64,000 nucleotides of DNA from Phyllobates terribilis (GCF_046119375.1 NW_027362763.1:108128001-108192000); one strand, 5' to 3'; positions 12,340-27,309 are shown, counted from the first letter of the stretch. The notes: generated by a model not told the origin, from the letters alone. Numbers and translations are program-made.

Positions 12340-14730
12340 TTATTCTATTTTTCTGCTTCCAAACAATGAAAGCCGAACCCCTATACATATTTAACCCCTT
12401 GTTGATTTGACCTTGCTTACATGTAAAATCCCATGCTCAGAGCTCTGCTGTAAAACACATCAACCATTCAAATCCATATGGAAATCCTGTGTATACAGCA
12501 ACATTCATCAACGGCAATGTTTAACAAGAATTAGACTTCATTTGCTTCTAATATGTATTAAAATCAGGGTGGTGTCATTGCGATGGGCTGTGTGTGTAAG
12601 GCAATAGGGCAGTCATGCAGTTGGTGAACAGACCCGGACAATGGTAGGAACTGACCTCTATATATGGAGCATAAGGACTGTCTGTAATAGGAGGTGAGTG
12701 ACCCTTACCTCTGTGATGTTATGCAATGCTATCCTAGAAGAACCATGTATTGTAAATTATTACAATTGGACAAGTCTTCTGTTGTCCACTACTTTTACAC
12801 ACTTTCTTCCAGCTAAGACAGAATGCCAAGGCTGCTGCTGATCAGTTGCAGCGGTCAATTAATTCACTTGACCCTAGTAGAAGAGGCAGTCAGAAGCCCC
12901 CGCGCTGGAAGTGGAAGGCGCTGCTTTTACACACATTCTTCCAGAATTTGGCTGCTGCTGATTAACAGTCGCTGATTGGCTGCAGCAGTCACTTGACGCC
13001 CCCCACCAGAAACGATAGTTTATGATTTTGTTTTTTTGTGCTTTGTTTAATATTGAAAGTGTGTAAAAGTAGTTAACAAACCCTTTAAAATGCTACTGCT
13101 GAATAATGAGAAGCCATAAAAGTTTGCCTTTAAGTTTATAATAAGTTGGGAGAAACTCACAATTTTTTTTTCACTTACTTTTACTATGTTGTTGCAACAA
13201 GTAGGATAACAAAAAGTAATAGTGGTGCCGAGAAAGTTCATATAGTCTGATATTAGTATCCTTAGAGAAAGTGCTGCACATTATACTGTACGGCCAAAAG
13301 TATGTGTACCCCAGAGAGCACAATTCCACTCCTGCAGAGTCTGGTGACAATGTGCTTTACACCACTGCAGCAGATGCTGGGCATTGTGCTTGGTGATCTG
13401 TGGCTTGTTTGCTGCTCCTCAATCATGGAAACAAATTTGCTGCAGCACCTAATGCACCATGTCACTTTCACACACGGTCAGTGATTGAGTAAATAATAGA
13501 TGGCTTTTAACATGTCATTTTCTATGACTCTGAAATATGTGTGGTCTACTGCTACATGGCAGTGATGTAGCATGGGGGGTGATACAGGGTCCTTTGCTCT
13601 GGGCACCAAATTTTATGCAGGCGCCAAATTTGAACCCATCACTCTCACTTTTTCTTAGAGGAGTCCTAGGATGCAGTGACTGCGATCCTGGAAGCCAGTG
13701 TGATAACAGAGCTCTCAGTTCAATGAAGAAAGGTTTTGGTTGCTGCCTATGCAGAGCACAGCAGCCTTAACAATCTCATCACACATTCTGCGCTCTGTAT
13801 AACCAGCAATAATATTGAATCATGAATACTGCACACGTGTTGCACTGTGCTCTCCCATAGCTCTCCTCACACTTACTGCTTTGTGAGGAAAGAAACAGGG
13901 ACCTGTCCCAAACATAGAAAAGTATCTCCTGTAAAAGCAACAACAACAAAAAAAGTATAATAAATTAATATATTAACACTAATATAATACATTTTAAATT
14001 TTTACACTAACTAGGGCTAAGGTTAGGTGCTGGGGTTAGGGATAGAGTTAGGAGCTAGTACTAGAGTTAGGGCTAGGGTAACATTAACAGTTGCAGTCAT
14101 AAAATAATAATTTAAAAAATTAATTTTGAATTTCAGCAAAAAGCAGAAAGTAATTAGAGTGTGAAAAATCAAACTATAATTACATCAGTATTTTATTAAA
14201 ATACAATACATGTGCTAGGGAGATATGAGGGTTCAATACTGGACTGGTGGAAAGAACAAAAGGTTCACAGCTTAAAGGGGCTGTTTAGTCTCGTCACATA
14301 GAATGACTGCAGACTTGTGAATCCTCACAGCGCGCAATGTGCACACTTGTCAGGATTCTACATTGATGGCGCTGGGAGCTGACAGGCGCATGACCCCAAG
14401 TATGTGATGTACATACATGTGATCACGTGCCGTCTAGATGTTTGCACTTGTATTGAGCAAGGCCAGACAAGTCTAGTCGGAATGTGACCGAGTGTATGCA
14501 AATTGCATACTTGCAGTCACATGATCACTCTCTCCCAGAGAATGCTGATAGCACGCACGGTGTGCACTATGAGGATTCACAAGTCTGCAGTTACATAAAG
14601 TGACTGCAGACTTGAGCCCAAAGCTTGGGCAACCCATGTAAGAGAGCACAAGACTTGTCTGCTCTGGGTGCTGGCAACCCACCCTATGCCACTGCTACAT
14701 GGCTGAGGTGATGTTACGTCCACACGCTTC

Positions 14731-15850
14731 TATGGCGCCCCTGCGGGTTCAGTCGCAACACATTCCACTTCAGTGGGGGCAGGGCGAGATTGCTCCTGAG
14801 GGAGAGCACAGTCCCTGGTCCCTAGCTGGAGGGTGGAACCATGTAGTGGGTGTGGGTGGAGGACATAGTTTAGGGGAGCACTTCAGTAGGTGTATAAAAA
14901 GGGGAGCCATCTTGAAAAGTGTGGTCAGTCTGCAGTGAGAGGAGTTGGGAGCAGGAGCTCAGCAGGAGCTCTGCTCAGGAAGAGGGCCTAGAGAGAGGCC
15001 CAGGACCGACTGAAGGAGAGAGGAGCAAGAAGGAAGGCTTCAGGAGGAACGAGGGTATCCTAGGGGTACGGGCAGTGCTGGAGGCCACCCGTACGCCCGA
15101 ATCTGCAGGAACGTGGAAGGATCAAGCTGCAGAGGGAACAGGCCCCTAAACTACTGGAGAACTACAAGGCTTAGCTAGAAACCGGAGGCTTCTGTACTGT
15201 TAGGGTGCAGTTGCCACAGCCACAATTACATCGCCAAAAAGGTGGCCACAGAGGGTTCAGGGGACTGCAGGTAGCCCGACAAGACCCGAGGCTACCGGCT
15301 TGGGACACTGATTGTGAGGCGCAGGGCAGGAGGGTGAGAGCCAGCGCAGAGAGAAGGCACACAGAAGGAGGTCCCGTTAAGTGCCCTTGAATTACTTGAG
15401 GGATTGCTGAACCCCTCCCTGAGTAAGCACAGGACAACGTGGGAAGTTACACCGGTACCTGTAACTTGGATTGCAACAACTGTGAGTAAACTCTGAAGAC
15501 TGCACCCCACTGTCTCTGCGAATTACTACTGCGCCATCACCCCTGCACTACACAGCAACATCCATAACAACTCTGCACAGCCCTGGAGCTAAGCTCAACC
15601 TGTGGAGAGCTAAACCAACTCTGCTGCATTTACACCAGCTCCAGAGGACCTGCTCCGCAGCGGCGGCTCCCTTTAGCCGCATACCACAGGTGGCGTCACG
15701 AACTCTATACAAGAACTATAAATACCCTGTAAATAATATCCCCATTTGATTGACCGTCCTGGGTCACGGACCGGGTCACCGCCACTGTGACATCTCCCCT
15801 GGCAACGACCGACCGGGCACCGAGTACCCCACGGCCCAGGGGGCGTGTCA
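14731..15850 (+). mobile_element. 5' LTR of a Gypsy-group element
   Basis: Starts t(a/g)tggcgcccc and ends gggggcgtgtca. Homologous to the reverse-oriented LTRs at 24966-27309 and 43429-44707. TATA-like gtataaaaag at ~14892. Confidence 0.88.
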
Positions 15851-15853
15851 ACT

Positions 15854-15871
15854 TGGCATCACAAACAGGAT
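15854..15871 (+). promoter_or_regulatory. Primer-binding site complementary to the tRNA-Ser(CGA) 3' end
   Basis: TGGCATCACAAACAGGAT lies 3 nt after the LTR. It is a 16/18 match to the complement of the vertebrate tRNA-Ser(CGA) end ...ATCCTGTTCGTGACG-CCA (recalled sequence). Both mismatches are G>A at CpG. Confidence 0.8.
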
Positions 15872-16067
15872 ATGAACCCACTCATTATCACCGGGTATTG
15901 TGCGCCTAGAGACTGTGTTCTATACTGAATGTGGCGCCCGCCCGAGAAGAACGGGCGCCATTAGGTGCGAGACCAAAGACAACAAGAAACCACCTCCCAT
16001 CGTGGGCCGGGTTCCAGAATGGCGCCAAAAGTGGAACCTGCCCCGAGCATCAGTGACCATGTATGTA

Positions 16068-17700
<1,633 letters not shown>

Positions 17701-17852
17701 TAGATGTATCCATCAAGCTGGGGGGGCCGCTCCAAGGTGTGTTCGACAGCAAGTTGCCATGGAACCGCCCCCGAAAGGGGAGAGGAGAGAAGAAACCTGG
17801 GAGACAGGGCGGAGTCTCCAGCAGTCTAAATAGACCACACCCGGCAGGCAAT

Positions 17853-18987
17853 ATGGAGAGAGGACAGCCTGAAGCTCCGGCTTGTGGTCTGCAGCCCGCA
17901 GCAGAACCCCTCACTGTGGAGGGGATGCTAGCCAAGTTGTCTCTGGAGGACACCAGTTTCATCCGGGACGAAATGCAAGGACTGGGCAGGAGGATGGAAG
18001 AGGCCAAGCGAGCTGCGATTGCTGCCTGGAGGGCAGAGCTGATGGAGAAGTTGGTGACCTGGCAGCAGTCAGCACTGCAAGTGACCAGCAGAGCCACAGC
18101 CCCGGTGGAGCCTGACCAGAACCGGGAGGCAGCGTGCAGCACAGGAGCATCCGCGGGAGCAGGTAAGAGAAGACTCCCTATCCTGGGCGCTGAAAGCGCT
18201 GACCTGCTCCTGGGCCCCCTGTCGGAACCTCCGTACCCGGGCGCGCATGCGCCCGCTCAGCTCCTGGTTCCGGAGCCTTCTACCCCGGGTACTAGTGAAG
18301 AAGACCTGCTCCTAGGCCCCCTTCAAAAGCCATCAGCCCCCACACCCGAATGGGTGTATGGACGTGCGGTCTGGGACTGGTCCGCGGAGGTGAAGACCGT
18401 AACCTCCCGCTGTTACCCGCTCCTGAGTCATCTCCGGGAGGGAAGAGGATCAGTTCCTGTGGGATAACCCTGGGGGGGACCTCATGGGGTTTCCCCGGGA
18501 AACCAGAGCAGAGGCTGTGCGCCGGGTAGAGCACTGCAAGAGGGAGCTGGCGCAGCTGGAAAAAGAGCGGCACCTCCGGCGGGTGAGCTGGAAGAGACTA
18601 GAGGCCCGGAACATGGAGGAGAAGGCCCGGGCCTGCAAAAATAAAGAAGCTGCACATGGTCCCCGTGCCGAAGGGACTGTGGTGAAGTTTAACCTGGATG
18701 GAGGATAGGGATTCATCTGGGATCCATATACCGAGATGGATCTCTTTGTCAACAGGAGGGACGTGGAGTCCCACCTAAAAGAAGGACATCCGGACTGGAA
18801 TCTCTACCCCGGTGATCACGTCACCTACACCAGGCATAGAGGTAAGAGGGGCTGGTATGCCCTGAATGTCCACAGGGTGGTGGAGGAGAGCGAACCCTCA
18901 CCTTCTGGAGCTGATGACATCCGGCTAGGCCAGCCTATAGTGGACAGGAGTTGTTTCCCCAGAGGAAGCACCACTACTAAGCAGTAG
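17853..18987 (+). pseudogene. LTR-element internal ORF: coiled-coil segments plus a C-terminal cold-shock domain (one frameshift, one in-frame stop)
   Basis: 18670-18870 reads EGTVVKFNLDGG*GFIWDPYTEMDLFVNRRDVESHLKEGHPDWNLYPGDHVTYTRHRGKRGWYALNV, fitting the CSD pattern (GTVKWFN..KGFGFI...DVFVH...GD.V.F...G.KG..A.NV). ORFs 18484 and 18736 share a frame. A frameshift at ~18425-18465 links them to ORF 17676. Confidence 0.75.
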
Positions 18988-20171
18988 GTGGAACTGTACT
19001 GTATATAGTTAGTTACCCGGAAGGGTACAGCAGAGACACTGCAAGTTGAAAACCCATGCTACTACCAATATTTGTCTATAGAGATTACATGGCTGTGTGC
19101 TTGATTTTTTGCACCGGTTTTAATGCGATTAGGCTGAAACTTCTGAATTCAGTAAGAGAAAGCTTCACATGCATAAAACCCCGATTCATGATTGCATTTG
19201 CGCCTATTTTTGTCTAGTTTTGTATATTATGACCTTGTTTTTCTCTTGAGCCTCATGCTTCTTATAGTTTGCGCTTTTTTTAAAGTCTATTTTATATACA
19301 GTATGATTGCCTGTTTTTTTCTTATGTTCACTATAGTGGGCAATGTTTGTGATTTCCAAAAGTTTCGGGCTGATTCATAAATTGCAACTTTTAAAAAAAA
19401 CAAAAATGCAAAATTTGGTGCACATTCCACCCTGGAGTAGTTTTGAGTACACCAGGTGTTTTGGCCAATTTTTTTTGCTGCATTTTGCGAAATGTGCAAC
19501 TTTTTGAGCTAAAAAGTCACAAAAACAGTTAGACGGAAGAAAGAGAATTTTTTTTTACTTTACTCAAAATTCATGAACAGAGTGCGCCATTTTGAACAAT
19601 TGGCTCAAAAAATGTCAATAAATACGACAAAATAAGGAAATAAAAAGACATGAAAAAAAATAGTGCAATAGTAATGAAACATTACAATACCGGTACATGA
19701 GTAGCTGCATCTGTATATGGACCAGAAGAGGATCATGATGGCCACACAAGTAAAGGTGCCACTGAATATTACATATTGTAGAGTATTCTTTGTGTTTGGT
19801 GCAGGTGAGATTTATGGGAACAGGTGAATCGAAGCGTCACGTCCACAAAATATCAGTAATGCAAAGTAAATACTTGTAAATACACATATAAAACGTGCCA
19901 ATCAAATATTTACCAACCAAATATATGATGAGGATCGCGAGATGACGGGTGCAGACACATCCCCATAGTTACCCAACGTAGCACATGCTGACGTGAGTCA
20001 CCTAGACATCGTCGTGATCCACATGTGCCATGTAAGGAGCCAGCTACTCGTCTGCAGGTGTCGTAATGTGTCATTTACATTTGACTATGTATATATACCT
20101 CTCCTATATGGCCTGTGTGACTGATGTCCTGATGAAGGTCTCTGAGCAAAATGCATGTTGGGGTGAGGAGC

Positions 20172-20181
20172 TATCTATCTC

Positions 20182-20214
<33 letters not shown>

Positions 20215-20265
20215 TATCTATCTTTCTATCTATCTATCTATCATTGTCTATCTATATCTTATTAT
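20172..20265. repeat. (TATC)n microsatellite
   Basis: Direct reading. Confidence 0.95.
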
Positions 20266-20266
20266 C

Positions 20267-22190
20267 TACACTACATAACCAAAAGTATTTGGACCCCTCT
20301 AGTATTTCATTTATACCCATTGCAAACAGATGCAAGAAAAATCAAGCATACAGTGGTGTGAAAAAGGGTTTGCCCCCTCCCTGATTTCTTATTCATTTGC
20401 ATGTTTATCACACTTAAATGTTTCAGATCACAAAACAAATTTTAATATTAGACAAAGATAACGTAAGTAACCACAAAATGCAGTTTTTAAATTAAGGTCT
20501 TTATTATTAAGGGAAAAAGAAATCCAAACCTACAGGGTCCTGTGTGAAAAAGTGATTGCCCCCTAAACCTAATAACTGGTTGGGCCACCCTTACCAGCAA
20601 CAACTGCAATCAAGCATTTGCGATAACTAGCAATGAGTCCTTTACACTCTGGAGGAATTTTGGCCACTCATCTTTGCAAAATTGCTGGAATTCAGCCATA
20701 TTGGAGGGTTCCCAAGCATGAACCGCCTTTTTAAGATCAGGCCACAGCATCTCAGTCAGATTAAAGTCAGGACTTTGACTAGGCCACTCTAAAGTCTTCA
20801 TTTTGTTTTTCTTAAGCCATTCAGAGGTGGACTTGCTGGTGTGTTTTGGATCATTGTCCTACTGCATAACCCAAGTGCGCTTCAGCTTGAGGTCACAAAC
20901 AGATGGAAGGACATTCTCCTTCAGTTATTTTTTGTAGACAGCTGAATTCATAGTTCCATTTACCACAGCAATTCTTTCAGGTCCTGAAGCAGCAAAAAAG
21001 CTCCACTCCATCACACTACCACCATATTTTACTGTTGGTATGATATTCCTTTTCTGAAATGCTGTGTTACTTCTACACCAGATGTAATGGGACATACACC
21101 TTCTAAAAAGTTCAATTTTTGTCTCGTCAGTCCACAGAGTATTCTCCCAAAAGTCTTGGTGATCATCAAGGTGATTTCTGGCAAAACTGAGACAAGCCTT
21201 TATGTTCTTTTTGCTCAATAGTGTTTTTTGTCTTGGAAATCTGCCATACATGCCATTTTTGCCCAGTGTTTTTTCACACAGGGCCCTGTAGGTTTGGATT
21301 TCTTTTTCCCTTAATAATAAAGACCTTAATTTAAAAACTGCATTTTGTGGTTACTTGTGTTATCTTTGTCTAATATTAAAATTTGTTTTGTGATCTGAAA
21401 CATTTAAGTGTGACAAACATGCAAAAGAATAAGCAAACACTTTTTCACATCACTGTATATTGATGGAGAGAACAATGTTAATACTCTGCAGACTCCATAA
21501 TTGCAGAGTCCAGACCTTCTCTGGTATCAGCACAAACACTGCACCCCCGCCGTGAGCTTCATGGCCGAGCAGCTGCATGCAGCCGTACATCACCAAGCAC
21601 AATGCCGAGAGTCGGGTGGTGTGGTGTAAAGCCGCCACCAGTGGAGGTGACGTGTTCTGTGCAGTGACGGATCGCACTCTGGGTTTGGTGATTCCAGGAG
21701 GACGTTACCCCCTGACTGCATTGTGCCGCTGTACAGATGGTGGAGGAGGATAAGGCTATCGGTTGTTATTGGTAATCAGCCTCGGCCCCTTAGTTCCAGT
21801 GATGAAAAATCTTAATTCTTCAGCAAAAGACATTGTGGACAATTGTAGCTTCAGTTTTGTGGGATCAGTTTGGGGAAGACCCTTTTCTGTTCCTCATGAC
21901 TGTCCCAGTGCACAAGCTTCATACAGATGTGGTTGGGGAAGTTTGTTGGGAAAACATGACCAGACACACAGAGCGCAGACCTCAATCCCATCCAACACCT
22001 ATAACGGAGATTGTGAGCCCAACCTCTCCCGAACATCAGGGTCTGACCTCACAAATGCTATTGTGGATGAAGGGGCAAAAATCCCACAGACGCCACCAAA
22101 ATCTTGTAGAAAATCTTGCAGAAGTTTGGGAGCTGTTCTAACTACAGAGTTGTGTCTCCATATTAATATCTTTGGGTGTAGAATGGAATA
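20267..22190 (+). mobile_element. Decayed Tc1-like element, interrupted by a second Tc1
   Basis: Terminus-like cactacataaccaaaagtatttggac at ~20268. Degenerate transposase-like sequence resumes after 21457 (QW..VL.SD..-like). Boundaries are approximate. Confidence 0.55.
20351..21455 (-). mobile_element. Internally deleted Tc1-like element with long TIRs
   Basis: TA|CAGTGGTGTGAAAAA ... TTTTTCACATCACTG|TA with ~200-bp inverted arms. Minus-strand transposase fragments include LWTDETKIELF and WPSQSPDFN. Confidence 0.9.
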
Positions 22191-22550
22191 TCAGGAAAGC
22201 TCCTGGAAGTGGAATATGGAGGGGTCAGAATAGATTTCCCCATATAGTGTATAATTGGTATGGGTCTCTCATTCAATTGATGAGGGCTTACTTCCAGTAA
22301 AGGATAATAATTTTACACAATTGTCACAACTTTGTGTTAACTCTTTGAGGAAGTTCCTTTCCTATTCCAGTCTGACAGTGCCCAATATGTACAGTCAGTG
22401 AGCTCCATAAAGAAGTGGAGTGATGAGTTTGGTGAGGAGGAACTAGCATGGCTGTATGAATTGGCGTCAGACCTTCTCATTGAACATCTGGAGCTGTCAT
22501 CAAAAATGCTCCTTGGGCTAAATCATGTGATTGTTAATACAGTCTGTGAT

Positions 22551-22832
22551 TAGGGATGATGAGCAGACCCTTGAAAGTTTGGATTCTGGTACCCAACCTG
22601 AACTTTAGTTCAAAGTTTGGTTTGGGCACCCAAACTTGAACCAGAAGCCTATTGAAAACAATGGAAACCCGAACTTTGGAACTGGAAAATATTCTCTCTC
22701 TATCTCGACTTCCCCCGGAACTCCGAACATTGCAACAGACTTCTAGGAGAAGTCCATGTTCGGAGATTTGCAGCGGACACTGAGTGTTCGGTACAAACCC
22801 CAAACTTTTAGGTTCAGGTTTGCTCATCTTTA
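22551..22832. mobile_element. Short hAT MITE (TAGGGATG..AGC family)
   Basis: Inverted ends; flanks TCTGTGAT / ACTGTAAT match at 6 of 8 positions. Confidence 0.75.
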
Positions 22833-23916
22833 ACTGTAATACATTTCTACATTACATGGTGTGGACACATAGGTTACATAATTAGCAAGGCAAAAAGTTC
22901 AGAAAAGGAGCAAACTTTTTGCCCCATGATACCACTGAATCTCACCTAGTTCCAATCATTAGTATTTCTTACGGCACAGTTCTACCTGTGCTCTTTGCCA
23001 TATGTTCCCTATCCTCCTTTTGTAGACTTTCTGGAATTTTTATGAAATCTAAAGTAAAACTCTGCCCTAAGTTTTAATATTTTTGGAATTTATGTGAGAT
23101 TTCTGCCTCCCTTTAAATGAAAATCATCGTTTTCCTATTCACTCAACATTTATTTGGAAGTTGTACAATATTAAACTACAGAAGCCCCTCACCCCCCCCC
23201 CCCCAATTTTTTTTTTTTACTAGTGGTTTTTAATGTTCTGTAGTTTCAATGTACAAATGTGCAGTAAAACTGTGACAGGGCAAAGACCAAAAGAATGGCA
23301 AAATAAAATTTGTTCAAGCCGGTTATCTATGAGAGTTAAAGGGGTTATCATTGCTTTTTTCTTTTAGGAGGGTCAGCCAATGACAAGTTGATCAATCAGC
23401 TTTTAATCTAACAGAAAGTGTTTCAGTTTCCTGCAGCACTCCCGCAGGAGAAATGAAGAATTACACATACACTAAGAGAAGTTGAAATTGGTAGCTGCTC
23501 TGGCTAAAATATCATAATTTAGAAAATTCTATTACCTCTGAAATGTCAGGACCAAATGTGTTTGAAAATGGGTTATTTAAAGCAGAAAACCCCTTTATTT
23601 CATATGTTATGTCTCAAAAAAAAAAGTCTAAAAATTATCTTCAATAGCAGCATCAATAACCAGCTTGCTCCTCCTAGTTAAAGTTTAGGAAAGGCAATGT
23701 GTTGGCGCTGACAATTGGGGACACACTGCTGGCAGTATTATTTATGGGGAACAGTTGGCGGTGCATGGCTTATGCTGGAACTGGAAGGTGGTAAGAGATC
23801 TTGGTGGCCGATTTTCTGGCACTGCTTATGGGGGTCACTACTTGTACAGGTATTTTGCTGAAACAGTCTTTATTTAAAAAAAATTTAACTTTAAGACTTA
23901 TTTGCTGTGATTCAGG

Positions 23917-24018
23917 ATGAGAACCGCTCTTTCAGCATTATTCCTGTATCTGATGATTGGAAGAAGCCAAGGTTACTGGAACAATGGAAAGCAGCAGAGT
24001 CTATCATCTCACGACCAG
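23917..24018 (+). CDS. ADGRF-family adhesion GPCR, first coding exon (signal peptide)
   Basis: ttcag|G-ATG start; MRTALSALFLYLMIGRSQGYWNNGKQQSLSSHDQ has a hydrophobic signal peptide; donor CAG|gtaag, phase 0. Confidence 0.8.
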
Positions 24019-24965
24019 GTAAGAACATAATATCCCGTACTTCACATGTAATTATACCTGGCCACGTAACGTGCCGCCACATGACTGCCACTGGTGGCTC
24101 TAAAGCTGCAAATCTCAGTATACTTCACTAAACTTCAGGCTATCAGGGCATCCTGAGAAATGTAGTTTCTCGACATTACATGTCTACGCGGTGGATTAAT
24201 AAAAAATTACAGTAATCAGATTTATAGAATACTGGTCCCACTTGCCATTTGTAACCCTTCACGTTTTTTTTTTTGCCAATTTTCATTTTTGTGCTTTCAT
24301 TTTTTCCTTCCCTTCTTCCGAGAGTCATAACTTTTTTGTTTTTCTGACTATATAGCCATGTGAGGGCACGTTTTTGCAGGAAAGTTGTAGTGTTGAATGA
24401 CACAATTTATTTTACCATATAATGTACTGAAAAATGGGAAAAAAAATTCCAAGTAAAGAGAAATTTTGAAAAAGATGCAATTCCGCCATTGTTTTTTTTT
24501 GCATTGATTTTGTCTAGTAATTTTTGGTATTTTTCAACCAATAGAGCTGTGTGTTAGCTTGTTTTCTTGAATGACAATCTGTACGGTAGTTTTCATTGGT
24601 ATCATGTTGGGGTTTTTGGTGGAGATGCGGTGACCAAATAGCGGAAATTGTGGCATTTCAATTTATTTTTTTTGCTTTCCAGTGATCTTTATATGGGTTA
24701 AATAATTTAATAATTTATTTATTTTGATAGATCGGGTTTATGGGGATGTTGAGTCACTGAATATATTTATTTTTAATCTCTTTATTTTTAACTTTGCAAA
24801 AAGAAGTTGATTTGAATTGAATTTTTTTATGTTTGTTTTTGTTTCTTGATTATCTATAAAAAGTTTTTCTTTGTATATTTTCGTGTTCTATGGTTTTGCG
24901 CTCCCCTTGGGGACTTGAACTTGTGATGGTTTGATCACAATAGTGTATTTATATTGTGAATTATA

Positions 24966-27309
24966 TGACGCGCCCCCAGGGCCGTGGGGTACTCGGCAGC
25001 CTGGCCTCGATGGATGCCGGTGGGGGATATCACGGTGGCTGACCTGGTCCATGGCCCAGGGCGGTCAATAAAAGGGGGGGTTCTTTATAGGGGATTTGTA
25101 AGGTTTTCATGACGCCACCTGTGGAATGCGGCTAAAGGGGGGGCCGCCGCCGGAGCAGTCCTCTGGAGCTGATGCTACGGCAGCAGGGATGGTGTGGCTC
25201 TCCACAGGTAGAGCTAGCTCCAGGGCGGTGTAGGTAGTGTAAGTTGCTCTGGGCGTTGTAGTGCCGGGAGGGAAGGATGGCACAGATGAAAGAATGGACG
25301 GAGGCAGTGCGGTGCAGTCATCCGAGTTTTTACTCACAGTTCTTATGACAGTTCCACCGGTGCACTGTACGGGTGCCAGCCTCCCACGTCGCGCTGTGTT
25401 CACCAGGCAGGGGTTCAGCACTTCCTCAGACAGATTAGGAGCACCTGACAGAACCCCACTTTCTTGTGTTCCTAGCTACACCATCTTCACGCTGGGTCTT
25501 TCTCCCTCCTCTCCTGCGCTTCCCACACTCAATCCCGCTCGGGTGCTCTGAAGTCCCTCTTGTCTTGTTGGAGTTCCCGGACCTGCTTGACCCTCAATGA
25601 GGCTTCAGCAACTGACTATATAAGCCAGAAGCCTCCGGTTTTCCCAGCCGAGACTTAGAGTAACACGGCTGGACCAGGGGCGGGTCCCCATCTTGCGGCC
25701 TACGATCCCTATGTCTTTTGACAGATTTGGGGCGTACGGGTGCCGTCCCACACTCGCCGTACCCCCTAGGATCCCTTCTTTAGATCGGAGCCTACTCCTC
25801 TGCTCCCCTCCTGGGCCTCTAGGACTGGGCCCTGCTTGTGGAGCAGAGCTCCTAAAGAGACTCTGCTCCCTGACTGTTCTCCACTGACTAATCTCTCTGC
25901 CACCCTAAGATGGCCTCCATGTTTATATCTCACTCTGTAGTGCTCCTCTAAACTGCTTCTGACGCGCCCAGGGGATGGGGACGACTCGGCGCCCGGGCCT
26001 TGCTGTTAGATTTGGGGATGCCGCGGTGGCCGGCTCCCGGGGCCGTACTGTGGGGTCACTCTTAAAAACAAGGAATGGGGGGAAAGGTGTATGGAAAGGG
26101 GAAAGTTCGTGACGCCACCCGTGGTGTCTGGTGAGGATCACCAGCGCTGCTACAGTCCTCTGAGGCCGGTGGTCAGGCAGCTTAGTTGGTGCAGCTCCCC
26201 ACTGGTGGAGCGGGGCCTCAGGGCAGCGTAGGAGAAGGGATGCAGGACAGAGGGGACCCAGCCGGGTCAGAGGAAGAATAGGCACACTCACAACAGTTCA
26301 CTTCAGTACCTTTACTGGTGGTGTTTCAGGCACGATCCAGGGCACTGTAGGGTGAAGGGTGCATTTCAGGACTCTCCCCAGTGAGCGGATGTGGGGCCTC
26401 CTGTTTCTTGCCTTTTCCTGATAAGTTTATGACCTGCCTGGAGCTAGGCCTAACTTGGTGTCTGTCTTCCAATGGCTGACCTGGTGGTAGGGCCTTCTGA
26501 TGGAGTTCACACTCCCTGGTCTATTGGGCCTCAGTGACTCCTGACCCTGGTATATCAGTCAGCTTTTGGTGTTCCTAGGACATATAGTTCGCCAGGGGTT
26601 CCGGTAGTTTCTGCTGGTCATAGAGATCCCTGCAGACGCGGCCCCGGTGTCCAGTATATGATCTTGGGGTGAGCTGGCTAAGCTCCTCTGCCCCCTATGT
26701 AGCTCGCTTACTCCACTTGCCTTCGGCCGCGCTCGGTGGCCCTCACTAGGCTTCTCACTGGCAGTAGGCCTCGCTACTCTTCACCGCTCTTATGGCGTCG
26801 GCACGCCTTAGGCTCACTAGTCTGAGCTTTATGAGTCTGAACTCTCTCTAGAGGGACTGGAACTACCTCTGTCCCCTGAGGATAATGTTCTCTAGACTGC
26901 ACTGCCTAGCTCCAACCTCCCTATTTTTATCCCTATCCGGGCTCCCTCTGGTGGTCTGAGGTGGAAGGTGGAGGTGTGTGTATGCTATGAGGGCCTCTTG
27001 TGGAGGAATCCATCCATGCACCCCTCTAGGATCTGTGGCACCAATGTGCAGCAGGGCGCCACACTTCCTCCACCCACACCCACTACTGGTTACCCCCTAC
27101 CTCTGGGTTCCCCCCACTCCAGCCAGGGACAGGGCTCAGCAGCTACGCACGAGCATGTTGCCCTTTCAGCCGGCCTGGAGCAGTGTAGTGTTGGATGCAG
27201 GTGTTGGGGTTCCGGGCAGCACTCCCTTTTTTACCTGAGAGAAGGAGATACCATACCTCTGGGTGAGATACAGTACCTCTGTGGCGACTGAACCCTCAGG
27301 GGCGCAACA
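24966..27309 (-). mobile_element. Solo Gypsy LTR (outer), split by a nested solo LTR
   Basis: tgacgcgccccc at 24966 and ggggcgcaaca ending at 27309; flanks TATA / TATG. Once the insert is removed it is collinear with LTR 43429-44707. Confidence 0.85.
25960..27063 (-). mobile_element. Solo LTR of a related subfamily nested in the outer LTR
   Basis: tgacgcgccc ... gggcgccaca with an exact 4-bp TSD CTTC at 25956-59 and 27064-67. Confidence 0.9.

Noticed and set aside
12600-12699. Possible non-coding first exon of the ADGRF-like gene (TATA-like ctatatat, donor GAG|gtgagt at 12694)
   Set aside because: A donor-like motif alone is insufficient without transcript data.
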